Below are positions 33,801-45,200 of a stretch of 64,000 nucleotides of DNA, in pieces (the stretch's first letter is position 1; each line of letters opens with the position of its first letter). Below the pieces are notes generated by a model. The model did no database searches. It had not been told where the DNA came from and saw only the letters and a list, made by a program, of their open reading frames with translations. The position numbers and the translations under genes were made by a program. The stretch comes from a virus. The DNA is taken from positions 8,446-72,445 of the IMG/VR virus record IMGVR_UViG_3300017708_001182; one strand, given 5' to 3'.

Positions 33801-34401
33801 GAGCTTCATGTGAATATCCTAACTTCTCCATTCTTAAATGATCCTTTAACTTATTGGCTTTATACCCCTTGCCAGTTTTAGGATCATACATCATGTGTGG
33901 TTCAAACTTCTTAACTTTACCACCTTTTTTCATAGGAAGAGAACTCATTGCACCAGATATATCACCACCACCACCTATACCACCACCAGATATAAGATCA
34001 CCTAATCCACCTTCACCACCTTCACCACCAAACATTGACATTAGTTGAGGTAACATAGACATCATGCCACCCATTCCTCCTCCGCTACCACCAGACTGTT
34101 GTTGTTGTCCTGCAGCAATTTGAGCTTGAGTTTTCATATCTTCCAGTGTCTCATCATAACTCTTTTTACCCATTTGCTTTGCTACTGTATCAAACAAGAA
34201 AGCCTCATCTATACGAGTGGGTGGACGGTTACCTTTAGGTGTTTCTATGTTTGGAATCATAGCTCCTATATTAGCTTTCTTAGCCATAAGTTTTCTTACA
34301 GCTTTTCCATGCTTTTTCATGAAGGCATCCTCAGAAGGAAACTTCTTGTAAAACTCTGCTTCAGACTTAACGCCTGCTATTTTTAAAAATTCAGCTTTCA
34401 T
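30856..34401 (-). CDS. Cargo protein (C1/gp45-like) with low-complexity linkers and a peptidoglycan-binding-like motif
   Basis: 1181 aa, many xAQGG/MxxGG motifs, GNSH...VEVENE...VVYGDL conserved block, DVRRYQ...ITVDGDFGEQT PG-binding-like motif (about 31880-31990), Gln-rich C-terminus. Confidence 0.6.
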   Translation of the reverse strand: MKAEFLKIAGVKSEAEFYKKFPSEDAFMKKHGKAVRKLMAKKANIGAMIPNIETPKGNRPPTRIDEAFLFDTVAKQMGKKSYDETLEDMKTQAQIAAGQQQQSGGSGGGMGGMMSMLPQLMSMFGGEGGEGGLGDLISGGGIGGGGDISGAMSSLPMKKGGKVKKFEPHMMYDPKTGKGYKANKLKDHLRMEKLGYSHEAPKAQGGAATPQFDFDLGDSGPSRMGRYNPDGSAESFLQGAGRIYNSRAVQDFGIPIVSDVISIGKQLKAQKETLARAKQNRMLTELTLDAAKSEPEKIEREYVRPEDVQNTGEEFFPIYGVGTNVLKNGGMFSDPGYVPLVNPNQQKSFKQGGVLGSNSYLVPKAQGGFDMANVSYGGGSMGGAGKQFGQMIGLYEGTDAGSNIGGTIGGTIGSAFGPIGSAVGSFIGSGIGDLLDRDDRRTRKENERAERAQKELSYTAIAPAIQAGYASHMEQGGNIPSNPSMLDTMKMGGELKTLWGGKAETVSYNPYAGGESIQFKGNSHDYRDPKTGQTGIGVAYGEESVANNEAVVEVENEPAQQLKDGGGAENLVVYGDLKIPEEYLEEIGDDRAKGKKFKKYVSDVLNKDEAKINKKMEKAADLGLESDNTVFGQLERSTADVILKGSDMKLKNIAEKKNILADLQSALNETFDELEIKGNEFISKNKIVKDPERAMNNMAEEGATVTETTTNGNFNTQLGGDDVGMTVEEAIAAGFVLNEETGEYEKSTGETVDPIDSETDALDEVRPGQGRNKDTGLYGNVTQKEYEAAKKANPWFDWENFDPTKDADVRRYQKEFNKKAKEAGSDKRITVDGDFGEQTSSARFTPAAPGEEPKVEVAKIKEEPTVTETTTVSPNRIPFPVLPPSVDTKGLDPNQLLGEYAALSSNTLAPVYAQTYQPNLRVPYDISLQDMKNDVISQSRALQRNATLQGNPAALALAQAPTYQALNQINAEEFRQNQSFKNQVYSENLDTLNRARLTNLGIYDQQQDRQDEAVAKTKATTIAALNSISSKYQQKQLEGRLKQVFANLYPTYAFDDDYRARVQQSARFSLPGGTVSGIPGLSTPGFNPNLQQVPGVIGGLQGIIQQQQQYQEEQRRKMEEQGLNPDIKYRKIDRALNRGINTEDIYDYVPMQEQEGAYAKRGKTVKKNHKNSNILKKLRGL

Positions 34402-34405
34402 ATTA

Positions 34406-37400
34406 TTAATATTTGTCTAACCAGCCTCCTGGTTGTGGGGTGTTGTAGTTTGTAAAGTTAGTCAATTGATCTAAGGCTACCAAAGATTTTCCATCTTTAG
34501 CCATTGGGTACTCCGTTACAGAGTTACCATCAAACTTGTAATCTTTTCCTGGTTGCATCATCTTCTTGTCACCAGTGTCAGATATTCCAAGTACAGGGTA
34601 GTTAACACCCTTCATTGTTATATTGTTGGAATTGATTTTAGTTATCTTTCCAGGGTATGCCCATTGTCCTCTGTCATCATTAATAACTTTTCCACTCTTA
34701 GCATAAGGGTTTTTACTACTAATGTCACTATTATCAGCAACAGTATTTAAGATTTTTAAAATTTGATCTTCTGTATATTTTAAATCTAAATCCCTGTAGC
34801 CACCAGTCTTTTTAACCTTTTCTAATTTTTCTTTTGTAATTTCTTCACCAGGGTTTACGTTTAGATTTCTCCTAATCTCCATTATTCTTTGGTAATAACC
34901 ATCGTCATTTAAATAATCTATGTAGTCTTGATGATGTTTTAAGTAAGCAGGATGGTTATTTTTGTACGAATCTAGTTCTTCTTTGTCAAAATCCTGATAT
35001 CGACTAATCGTTTCTCTAAACAAAATTTCATCAGGCCTTCTATATTTATAGTCAATAGCTTTATTCATATCAATTTCTCTACTTCGTGAATAATCTCTTG
35101 TAGCATGAGATAATTCATGAGTAGTAACCGCTTTATCACCTGTTGGATCATATATAGCATTATCATCAGGTAAAAAATGAGCTAAAGCATTCTTTGATAA
35201 ATTAAATAAATCTAGAGAACTGAGATTAAACCCTTGAATTTTATTGTTATAATTTAAATCTTTATAATTACCAACAGATTTTGCATATACAGGTGTTTCT
35301 CTTAAATCATTAATAGCTTCATCAATTTCTTCTTGAGCGTTAATGTTTGCTTTTTCTAGTATTTTATTTTTAGTTTCTTCTGTGTCAAAAGAACTAATAT
35401 AAGGTGTATTTAAATTAGCAATTCTTTTTTTGGTTTCAGGATGACTAATCCAATTGGCTAACCAACTATCGTCCACCTTATCTCCCATTGTATAAGAACC
35501 TAAAACATCTTCTTGGTTATAATACCAATTTTTAAGTGCAGAGTCTCCCTTCTTTTTTCTATCTTGTATCACACCACCTTTTTGGAACTTATCTAGCCAT
35601 CCACCATTTCTTTTTTCTTTTGGTCTATACACATAGAAAGGATCTTTTTTATTACCATCTGCATCTATGTACATGTTCTGTCTTTCTGTAGGGTGGTCCA
35701 CATCTCCATCACTAATGTATTGATCTAACTCATCATACACACCCAGATGATATGGGAATCCTATAAAACCATCTCCTTCCTTTACACCTTCAGAATCTTT
35801 ATTATAATAATATTGTAATATATCTCCTGGTCGTAATTCATCCTCTCTAAACCTTTCTCCACCATCTTCTGGTCTAACTTCTAAAAAACCATAGTCTTTA
35901 TAGTTTTTTCTAAACTCTCTATTGTTAAATATATCTGCAGGAATATAAGGAGCATTTTCCTTACCAATAGAAGCCTCATTTACTATTTCTTTTACAACTT
36001 GTACACATGTATTATCTTTTACACAACCATCTTCACCATTAAAAATTGCTTTAAGTTTATCTACAGCACCAACAGCAGGTCTTAGTCCATCAGTTTTATT
36101 ATCTGCATATCTTCTTGCAATGTCTACAATTGTTCCTTCTTGAGCCTTCTGACAACTACCCTTACTAAAAGGTGTCTTACCAGCAACTGCTTTATATCCT
36201 GGCCAGCATCTTCCACCATCTTTGAATTTAGTAGTTTCAGTTTCTAATATTTCGTTAGCACCTGCAGCTAATGGTATAGTAGCATATATACCTTTCATTA
36301 ACTTCTTGAGTCCTTTTTTATCTACTACTCTAAAGAAATCTGCAGGTAATTTAGCCTTACCAGAAAGTCCATCTCTAAATATTCTATCAACTAACTTATC
36401 TGTTATTTCATATTGTTTGTCAGTTCCCCAGAACTCTTTTGGAATGTATTGTCTTCTAATCTCCTGCACTCTTGCAACCACTTCTGTAGGGTCTTCTAAA
36501 TAGTCTGCCCAGTCTTTAAAAGTTGCATTAGGGTCCTTAAAAAAGTCTTTAACCCAATCAGCTGATCCCTCTTTTATTTTTGGATTTTTCTTGAGTGCAC
36601 TTTTAATTAAGTCGTTAGTCTGTTTAGTTAAAGCAGTTCCTCCTGCATTACTAGCATGACCAAGGGTTTCATGTATACCTGTTAACATTTCCCTTGTTTT
36701 AGCTTTATTTTTAACAGCATCAGTGGCTCCTACAGGCACCTCATTTATCTTAACAACACTATTATTACCTACACCTATTTTATTTGGCTGATTTGGATAC
36801 ATATATTTCCAAGTGTTCATAGGCTGACTAGCACTAGGGACAAAGTATGTTCCTCCAGATCCAGGAGAATATCCTGTAGTACTATATACAGTATTAAACT
36901 CACCAGCCTGTATTGCTTTCATGTTGGTTCTTGCCAGGTTACCACGTAGTGGACGGTAGAACAGATTGATTTCACTGGTTAAAGCATCAATACTTTTTTG
37001 AAGAGATTTTGCTTTAGGAAGAACATTAGTACCTGTTGCTTCCACAAAATCATCTAATTGTTGTTGTAACACATTTAGTTCTCTTGTCTTAACTCTAAGA
37101 TAATTTTCACTCATTGATGCATTAGGAAAAGGCTTCAATATCTGAGCATCAAACTTACCAACAAAACTTGGATTGTTAGGATTTGTCCATGATTGCATAA
37201 AGTTATCTGCGTCTATTTTAGGATTAGTAAGAAGTTTATTTGGTGGGTTCTGACCTCTGGTAAGAAAAGTTGGTATTTTAGGATTTTTCATACCTATTTT
37301 AAAAGCACTTCCTAAAGGATTTGTATAGTACTTACCAATAGTCATAAGAGGTTTAGTAAACTTTTTATTTAGCAAAGGAGTAAATCCTAAAGCATCTAAA

Positions 37401-38347
37401 CCTACATTTCCTGCAGCAGACCAACTAGGATTGTTATATAGTTCTTTTACATCTGGACCAATGTTATAACTACTATAACCTAAAGCAGCAGCATCAGCAT
37501 AGTTTCCTATACTAAGTGGCCCACCTAATGGTTTATAATTCATTGCCTTAGAAAAAGGTTTTCCTATATATTTAGAAGCAGCTTTTCCAACAGGAGTGTT
37601 AGCAGTATATCTATAAGCTTGTCCAATAGGGCCAGCAACAGATCGATATGCCTGTGGTATTTTAGACAATAAACCAGCACCTCTTACTGCAGGTATAAAC
37701 GATGCAGCTGTCATTATGTTTTCTGCTGCTTGATTAGTAGCACCATGAATACTACTAATCATATCATCATATTGAGGCTTATAGTAGTTTAGATAATTAA
37801 ACTCATTTAATGCATTATCTCTACTATAATTTGTTCCAAAATAATCATTATAACTATCTAAGTCTGTAATGCCTAGATTTTTAAGTTCTTTCTGTTGATC
37901 TATCGAAAGAACATAATCACCATCATCATTGATTTGCAAATACTCAGGCATGTCCTTAAATAACTCTTCTCTTTTCTTTCCCCTACCTACATTCAAAAAT
38001 CGTGAAACTACATTCCCATCTTTATCTGAGTCACGAAAGGCTGTATCTTTCTTTCTTCCTGGTGCAGTTACAACTACCTCATCTAATTGTATAGTGCCCT
38101 CCTGAGCTTTCTTAGGTTCTTCAGGAGATGTTCCAGACGTACGTGCATACATCATACCAGACGCACCAGGAAGACTTCCTCCCATAGCAAACTTATCTAA
38201 CCAACCACCATTCAGCTTTTTTAAAGGCGTAGCACCACCAGCAACAGCTCCAAAGAACTTCTTTTGTTTCTCTGTAAGCGCTTTACCTCGAGCTGTTCCA
38301 TCTTCGAGTATCTTCTTTGCTTTAGATGCTGTTAAACCTTTTGCCAT
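34406..38347 (-). CDS. Modular cargo polyprotein with zincin-like and NlpC/P60-like domains
   Basis: 1313 aa. HETLGH...EVVARVQEIR, TCVQVV...PGDILQY...YHLGVY and HELSH motifs. Three GGWLDK[FY] boundary motifs. Confidence 0.6.
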   Translation of the reverse strand: MAKGLTASKAKKILEDGTARGKALTEKQKKFFGAVAGGATPLKKLNGGWLDKFAMGGSLPGASGMMYARTSGTSPEEPKKAQEGTIQLDEVVVTAPGRKKDTAFRDSDKDGNVVSRFLNVGRGKKREELFKDMPEYLQINDDGDYVLSIDQQKELKNLGITDLDSYNDYFGTNYSRDNALNEFNYLNYYKPQYDDMISSIHGATNQAAENIMTAASFIPAVRGAGLLSKIPQAYRSVAGPIGQAYRYTANTPVGKAASKYIGKPFSKAMNYKPLGGPLSIGNYADAAALGYSSYNIGPDVKELYNNPSWSAAGNVGLDALGFTPLLNKKFTKPLMTIGKYYTNPLGSAFKIGMKNPKIPTFLTRGQNPPNKLLTNPKIDADNFMQSWTNPNNPSFVGKFDAQILKPFPNASMSENYLRVKTRELNVLQQQLDDFVEATGTNVLPKAKSLQKSIDALTSEINLFYRPLRGNLARTNMKAIQAGEFNTVYSTTGYSPGSGGTYFVPSASQPMNTWKYMYPNQPNKIGVGNNSVVKINEVPVGATDAVKNKAKTREMLTGIHETLGHASNAGGTALTKQTNDLIKSALKKNPKIKEGSADWVKDFFKDPNATFKDWADYLEDPTEVVARVQEIRRQYIPKEFWGTDKQYEITDKLVDRIFRDGLSGKAKLPADFFRVVDKKGLKKLMKGIYATIPLAAGANEILETETTKFKDGGRCWPGYKAVAGKTPFSKGSCQKAQEGTIVDIARRYADNKTDGLRPAVGAVDKLKAIFNGEDGCVKDNTCVQVVKEIVNEASIGKENAPYIPADIFNNREFRKNYKDYGFLEVRPEDGGERFREDELRPGDILQYYYNKDSEGVKEGDGFIGFPYHLGVYDELDQYISDGDVDHPTERQNMYIDADGNKKDPFYVYRPKEKRNGGWLDKFQKGGVIQDRKKKGDSALKNWYYNQEDVLGSYTMGDKVDDSWLANWISHPETKKRIANLNTPYISSFDTEETKNKILEKANINAQEEIDEAINDLRETPVYAKSVGNYKDLNYNNKIQGFNLSSLDLFNLSKNALAHFLPDDNAIYDPTGDKAVTTHELSHATRDYSRSREIDMNKAIDYKYRRPDEILFRETISRYQDFDKEELDSYKNNHPAYLKHHQDYIDYLNDDGYYQRIMEIRRNLNVNPGEEITKEKLEKVKKTGGYRDLDLKYTEDQILKILNTVADNSDISSKNPYAKSGKVINDDRGQWAYPGKITKINSNNITMKGVNYPVLGISDTGDKKMMQPGKDYKFDGNSVTEYPMAKDGKSLVALDQLTNFTNYNTPQPGGWLDKY

Positions 38348-39210
38348 TACTTATATGATATTTGTGATGGTGTTACAATAAACTGACTTATAATGTGTGT
38401 TGTTGATGAGTCATCAAGTATATGTCTCACCTTTAAGTTTTTAGCTCTAAGGGTTGACTTACCAAATGATTTAGGACCATAGTCCATATTAGATTGATTA
38501 ATAACTTTATCAATAGAAAGAGATTCACAAGATGTATTAAATAGTGGAACCTGCTCATCTTTCTGCAATGCCCAGAATGTGTTATACTGATAAAAGTTAT
38601 CACTTTTGGTAAACGTAATAGTCTTACTGTCATTGTTTAATACAGGATACTGCATGTACGCTGACAGATTATTTTCTGGCTTAGGAACAAGTTCTAGTAA
38701 TCCTGTAGACTGTTGGCCGTTATATAATACAGCCTTGTTAAACCATTTATCATCTACTTGCACCTTTCTATTATTATCAAAATATCCAGTTGTTGAAGGT
38801 AGGTATCTATAAACTTTACTATAGTCTTTTACATTCTGAAGTATCTCATCATTATATTTATAAGAGAATGGATATTCTATAATATAAGGTTCAATGTTAC
38901 CATAGTAATAATTATATATCTGTGGGTTCTTTAAATGTGTCCACAAACATCCTGTGGTATCTTGACTATATGTAGCTGCCTGATATTCATCTGTAGGAAT
39001 GTCTTTAAGTGTTACAAATTTTTCAAATTTACAATCTCCAATTGATCTGACTATAATTGATTTATCACTATCCTCAACATCAACAGTAATTCCATTTATT
39101 AACATCTCTCTACTCACAGCTCCTTTTAACATACTTCTTGATTCACGAAGTATATCAAATGGGCCTGCGGTTGGTCCAGAAAAAGTTAATTTTATTACTA
39201 TTGTTTTCAT
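38347..39210 (-). CDS. GPFD-domain fused to a probable C-terminal part of the muzzle/stabilisation protein
   Basis: N-terminal GPTAGPFDI...IVRSIGDC domain like the 49473-57411 paralogues. The remainder (LWTHL...NYYYG..EPYIIEYPF...FNKAVLYNGQQSTG) resembles muzzle C-terminal segments as I recall them. Confidence 0.55.
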   Translation of the reverse strand: MKTIVIKLTFSGPTAGPFDILRESRSMLKGAVSREMLINGITVDVEDSDKSIIVRSIGDCKFEKFVTLKDIPTDEYQAATYSQDTTGCLWTHLKNPQIYNYYYGNIEPYIIEYPFSYKYNDEILQNVKDYSKVYRYLPSTTGYFDNNRKVQVDDKWFNKAVLYNGQQSTGLLELVPKPENNLSAYMQYPVLNNDSKTITFTKSDNFYQYNTFWALQKDEQVPLFNTSCESLSIDKVINQSNMDYGPKSFGKSTLRAKNLKVRHILDDSSTTHIISQFIVTPSQISYK

Positions 39211-39211
39211 A

Positions 39212-42200
39212 TTAAACTGGGTTGTTACATGGTCCTATTAATGTTGCTCCTATTATTCCTATACTTGCACATACTATTTGTGTTTGTCCACTACCTAAAC
39301 TTATTACTTGTTGCTGACCAAAACAATCTGTATAGTATGTTGCTATTGGTCCACTTACTTCATACTCATTACAAGTTGGTGAAAGCGTAGTGGTGCTAGT
39401 TGTGGTAGATGTGCTAGTACTTGTTGTGGTTGTATTTTCAATTCCACAATTTATATATGCTGCTGATTGACTTAGTGTTTTGAAATCTACAGACTCACCT
39501 TGATCAGTTAAATTATTTTCAGTTACATCAACAAGACCTTCGCTTGAATCAAATATATATAATATATCGTCAATTAAAACTTTAATTATACAGTCACATT
39601 CTAATAACATAATACGTCCAGTGAGCTGTCCAAGACTTACATCTAATTCAACATTACCATTAGAGTAATCAAATTGTGTGATGTAGTAGTCTAGTCCGTC
39701 TTTAGATATTAAAACTAACTTATTTTCTTTAGTGTATAATAAATTACTTTCAACAACTCTATTTAGTTGTATTTCAAATTGTACATTTATTACAGGTATA
39801 TTTTCTGTAACATCTATTTCTAGAATCTTCTGTGGAGCTACAGTAGAATCTACACCTAATAATACTGTATCACTTAGTGCAATATTACCTGCAATGCCTC
39901 CAGGAAAACCTGCATATGGTATATCTCTGTTGAATGTTGCTGTAAATGGAGAGAGTGTAATATCCCATTCCTTTATGGTTGAATCTATAGTCCATAACTT
40001 ATTTGATGTAAAAGCAACACCTGTTGTTGCTGAGTATACAAATCCTGGAACATCCACATAACCATCAACTTGTGTTTCACTAAAATCTTGAGAAGCTGTA
40101 CTTACATATATTCCTTCAGGAGTTACTGAAACAAATCCACAACATTCATCTAACAATGGTTGAGGAGCTACAGTAGTAGTTTCACTTAAACAGTAATCAC
40201 AATATTCTATTTGTTCGATTCTAGAATTAGAAGCTACATAAAAGACACTGTTGTTCTTTTTTCCATAAGAAACCTTAGAATACCAACCTTCTGAAAGACT
40301 TTCACAATATGGAACAAATGAATCCCAAATATAAATCTTTTCACCTATACTATAATTATCATAAGCAACTTTTATTTGAATTGGTAATATATTTGGAGAT
40401 ATTAAGTTCATTGCTTTACATGCATCTTGTGATGAACTCGTGCTTACTACTGGAGATCCTCCAACTATTTGATATCCTTCTAAAAAACTATCAGTTATTG
40501 AATTCTCTGATGGAGTGTAGCATGGAACTGTTGTAGTGGTAGTTATTGTTATTATTCCTGTACCACCAGTAAGTTCACAAGAAGTAGGTCTAACTTCACC
40601 ACCCTCTATTACTAAATCTCTAAATGTAGTAGTAGTTGTTGTAATTGGAAACAATGTTGTTTTTGTAGTAGTGGTAGTGGTGGTTGGTAAAGTAGGAGGC
40701 AATAGTTCACCTGCTATAACTTCAAGATTTCCAGAACCATCACTTGTACAACATCCATTTTTTCCAGAATAGAAGAAGTTGTTCTCTCCTATGTAGAAGT
40801 TTGGAATATATGAATGAAAAGATATCCAACTCTTTGTATTGAAATCAAAAGATATTGTCCAAGATTTATTACAAAAGTATTCTTCATCTTCAAGGTATAC
40901 AATATGTCTTGGAGGGTCACTAGGAACTTCTTCTAAGGTTGTAGTGGTGGTAGTTACCTCTACTGTAGTTGTTGTAGTAGTGGTTGGCTTAATAGGGCGA
41001 GTAGTACTAGTTGTAGTAGTATCATTCGTTGTAGTGGTAGTAGTAGTTCCTCCACATGGTTCTGCAGGAAATAATCTTACATTAGTAGAAACTATGCGTT
41101 GATTACAAGGTATTGGAACCTCTGAACAAATAGAGTTGCATTCAAATGTAAAATTTAATACTACATCATCATCACAAGGTTGATATTCCACTTCTAAAGT
41201 TCCACTGAATTGATCACTTATATATGTAAGACAATTTGTTTTTAAATTTGCAGTTGGGTCTGCTTGTCTAAAAAGACTAGCAGTTGTACCTTCAATATAA
41301 AACTCTCCTGTATCTTCATCATATTGAATGTCGTCACGAAGAGGGATGTAATCAAGCTTGCTAATAATTATTCTTTCAAACTTACTATCATATACACCAT
41401 GTAACCCAATACCGTTAAAATGATTGTCTGTAGGTACGTTTGGAAAATGTTGAAGTATTTCAAAAGGTAAATGATCTATCATAAACCTATTTACACCAGA
41501 ACCAAATGATGTAAGATCTTGAACTTTAGGTCCTGAAACTAAGAACACTTGTCCTCTCTTAGCATCTACAGTTATCTGCCCTTGAGGTATTTTTAATAAA
41601 AACTTATTTTGGGATCCTACATATCCGAGATCTGTTTCAGCAAAATCAATTGGTGGAGAACTATCAAATAATCTTGGATTACCAATGTATGCAGCCTGTG
41701 GATTACTTGTATCAATTGTAAGAAGATTATTGTACAACAATGACTTATTCTCAAAACGTGCAAGTATTGCTTTATTCTGAATACCATCTAACGATGTAAG
41801 GTTTCCATAATTCTGTGGGAAGTCATGAAATGATAATGCTCTATAAACTAACCAGTTATTAACCCTAGAGTCAGCAGTTGTTATAGCTGCATCTGAATAA
41901 ATAGCTCTAAATGGAAACACTGTGTAACATAAGTCATCTTGCCAGTCTGGAGGAAGATGTGAAAATACATTCTCTTTATTTTGTTTAGAGTAAGTTACAT
42001 TATAATAGTATGTGTTATCTTGAGCGATAGGTACATTTGTTTCTTGTAACCAATCATCAGGAATACCAGAGCTTACATGAGGCCAGAAGTCTCCTTCTTT
42101 GTTATTAAATGCTTGACGTAAGTCTGTATTATATGTAGTTTCGCAATAGAAGTTTGGAATACCATATGCAAACAAATACATAAACCCATCATAGAAAGTT

Positions 42201-45200
42201 CTATATGCTCCTCCTCCTACAGGTATAGTAGATGGATCATTAGGACAATCAAAGTTGTGTGCCTTATATGAAATTAAGTTTCTTACAGGAGTCGTTTGAC
42301 CATTTGTCTCAAAGTCATAGTCTTCTAATATAGATCTTGAAGAATGCCAGTATCTTGGATATCCGATATTACCAATCTCATCGTAAAATATATCACTGTC
42401 ATCAGGAGCACCCACTCTGTTATCTATAAAGAATGGTAGTTTTGTTTTAAACGCAAATCTAGAAATAAATGTATCTCCACCAAATATTGTAGAAGTTCCT
42501 GTGTCTTTTATAAGTGCTTGGTACCCTGTATCAATAGTAGTATATGAATATATTTGTCCGTATTGATTTGGAAAAATGTTTTTCATAGATGCATAGTATG
42601 ACACTACTGTAAGATCTTGTTCTTTTTCAGGAGTGGCGCATGCACCTTTATTACCTATTGTAAACCTAGAATCATCTTCTATGTATGGATCAGCCCCATT
42701 AAGTAAACTAGGTGTTTGACTTGGGAAAGGTAGAGGAGGAACGGACAATGTAGTACTGCTAGGTAATTCTCTTTCATCTAATGTTTTTATAAATACAGAA
42801 GTCTCTCTGTTCCAGTTATTTATAGAGTACTCTTCCTTAGGACCTAACGATTGTACACCTGGTATCAAGTATCTAGTTAAATCTATATCCCTTTGTTTAA
42901 TTCCTCCATTTATATTATTAGCTATATCAAAAGAATAATCATAACTAGCTCTAGAGTTAAACGACATCCCATAGTTCTTTCTTGTAATACCATTTACATA
43001 GATTGTTAGGTATGCTTGATATGCTGTAAACATCACACCAAAACTTTGTGGGTCTGATAGGTCAGCCATTTTCTTTGAACTATCTAATGCATCTTGTTGG
43101 GCCTCTTTAGAAAGAAGCTTGTAGTTAGCATTATCTTTAACTTGTACCCAATGAGCTTTCCCACCACCAAACATTACACTCTCAAGCTTTAATACACTTC
43201 CTAAGAATGGTTGTCCAAATGATGTCTCTGGTGAATTAAATACTTGTCTGTATGTAATCTCTCCATCTTCTTGTTCTTCAATTGAAGGTTGAGGTTTTTC
43301 ATCTTTACAACCTAAAGAGGATCTTCTACTCCTTGTTCTTCTGTTTCTCCAACTATTGTTACTTGTACTATTTCCTTCATAATCAGCACCTATAGCAACC
43401 CCTGGAGGGGTTTCTACTTCTCCAGGACCAAACTCCAGAGGTTCCATTAATGTTTTTCTTGCTCTACAACAGTCCTTCCAACCAATAGGTGTCCATACTC
43501 TCCCACAATATATAGTATTAACTACACCACCCACTTTAGTAATTACTGTATATTTGTCACTACCTTCAATACCTAAGAAACCATCATCATTCAGAAACTT
43601 AGTCCTGGAAACTTCATTAACATATGGTGTATCATTCCAATCAGTAAATGGATCTTTCCATTCTATTTCATGTCCGCAAGTAGTATTTCGATTATCAGTA
43701 AAACATCTCCACACATCATAATTACCAGGACCAATTACCATCTTACCTAAAAGTGGAACAGGTCTTGTCAATGAGCAAATTTCAACAATTTCATCTAATT
43801 GTATAACTGCTTGTGTCACTTTACCATTCAGTGCACTAGTATACTCAAATACACCCTCATTTTCATTTACTGTTACTTCAAGTCCTTGTATTATTGCAAG
43901 AAAAGTACTTCTATCTGGTTCAGCTTCTGGTAAATACACCAAGTATGCTTCAGAGTCAGCTGACCAGGCATTATTGTTAGCTAGCACATATGGATCTGAA
44001 GATAAGTCATTGTATGGATAGTTAGGGTAGTAGTAGTCTTCTTCATCTCTAGTATACTTGTTTACGTTTCTAAGTATACCTTTTGCTATTACAGACTTGT
44101 TTGTTCCTCTATCACCTCTTACAATCTTGTAGGCAACAATATCGTCTTTCTGATCTTGTGTTAGTCCAGAATTCTGTATTAATGTAGATACCTGCAAATT
44201 ATCCAATCGTACACCAATAGGAAATACAGCATCGTTCTGCATTGTAGGAACAATTTTATTATTGTCATATACTATTGGTCCATTTTCTATAATAGGACTT
44301 ACTGCCACATCTGGAAACTTGTGATGCCTGATAGGTTGTTCAGATAAATCTCCCCAAACATCTGGTTCACAAGGATACGTTTCTGTTGATTCCCAATATG
44401 CAAACTCACCATATTCCCATGGTCCTTTGTAATTTGAATCACTAGATTGTCCTGTAGAATTTCCTGTTACAGATGCTGTGTTGTATATTTTCCACCAAGG
44501 TTTAAATCCTATATCACCAGAATAATAGTCAGGGTCTCCAATAAAATCGTTATTTTGATTAGGACCTGAATCAGCTACATCAGGATAAGACTCTTCGTTA
44601 CCTCTCTCTCTTCCTGGAATATGAAAACCATCTGTCTGTTTACCATTCTTTAACAAGAATACTATTTCAAATGCATACACCTCATCACGCATGTATCCAC
44701 GAAGATTTACAGCATTTATTTCATCTGCATAATTTTCGTCTGCTGGTATTCTATGTGTCTCCCAACCAAGTGTTATTTGATTTGCAATTGACTGGTAGTT
44801 AATTCTATCAATAGATGTAAGATTATCCCACACAAGAACATCTTGTACAGCTGTAACATCTTGTGCAATATCATAATATGGAAACTTTTCAAATATATCT
44901 GATATGGAAAGTTGTATAGGTGATTGATCTCCTCCTGTATAAGTTATTTCTCTTGTAGAATCCTCAATACTATATGTACCAACAATTTCAACTGAAGTTA
45001 TATTGTTTATAGTTTTTATTACAGCTAAGTTGTAATATTCAAACTGTCCTGATAGATCTAAATTAGATACACCCACAACAATAGACTTACCCACTGGATA
45101 ATCAAAGTTTACTGTTGTTGTAAACTCATCAGAAATAGGTAAAGGGTTAGTTACAGAATAATATGAAGTAAGTTCATTGCCACTTGCATCTGAGTATTGA

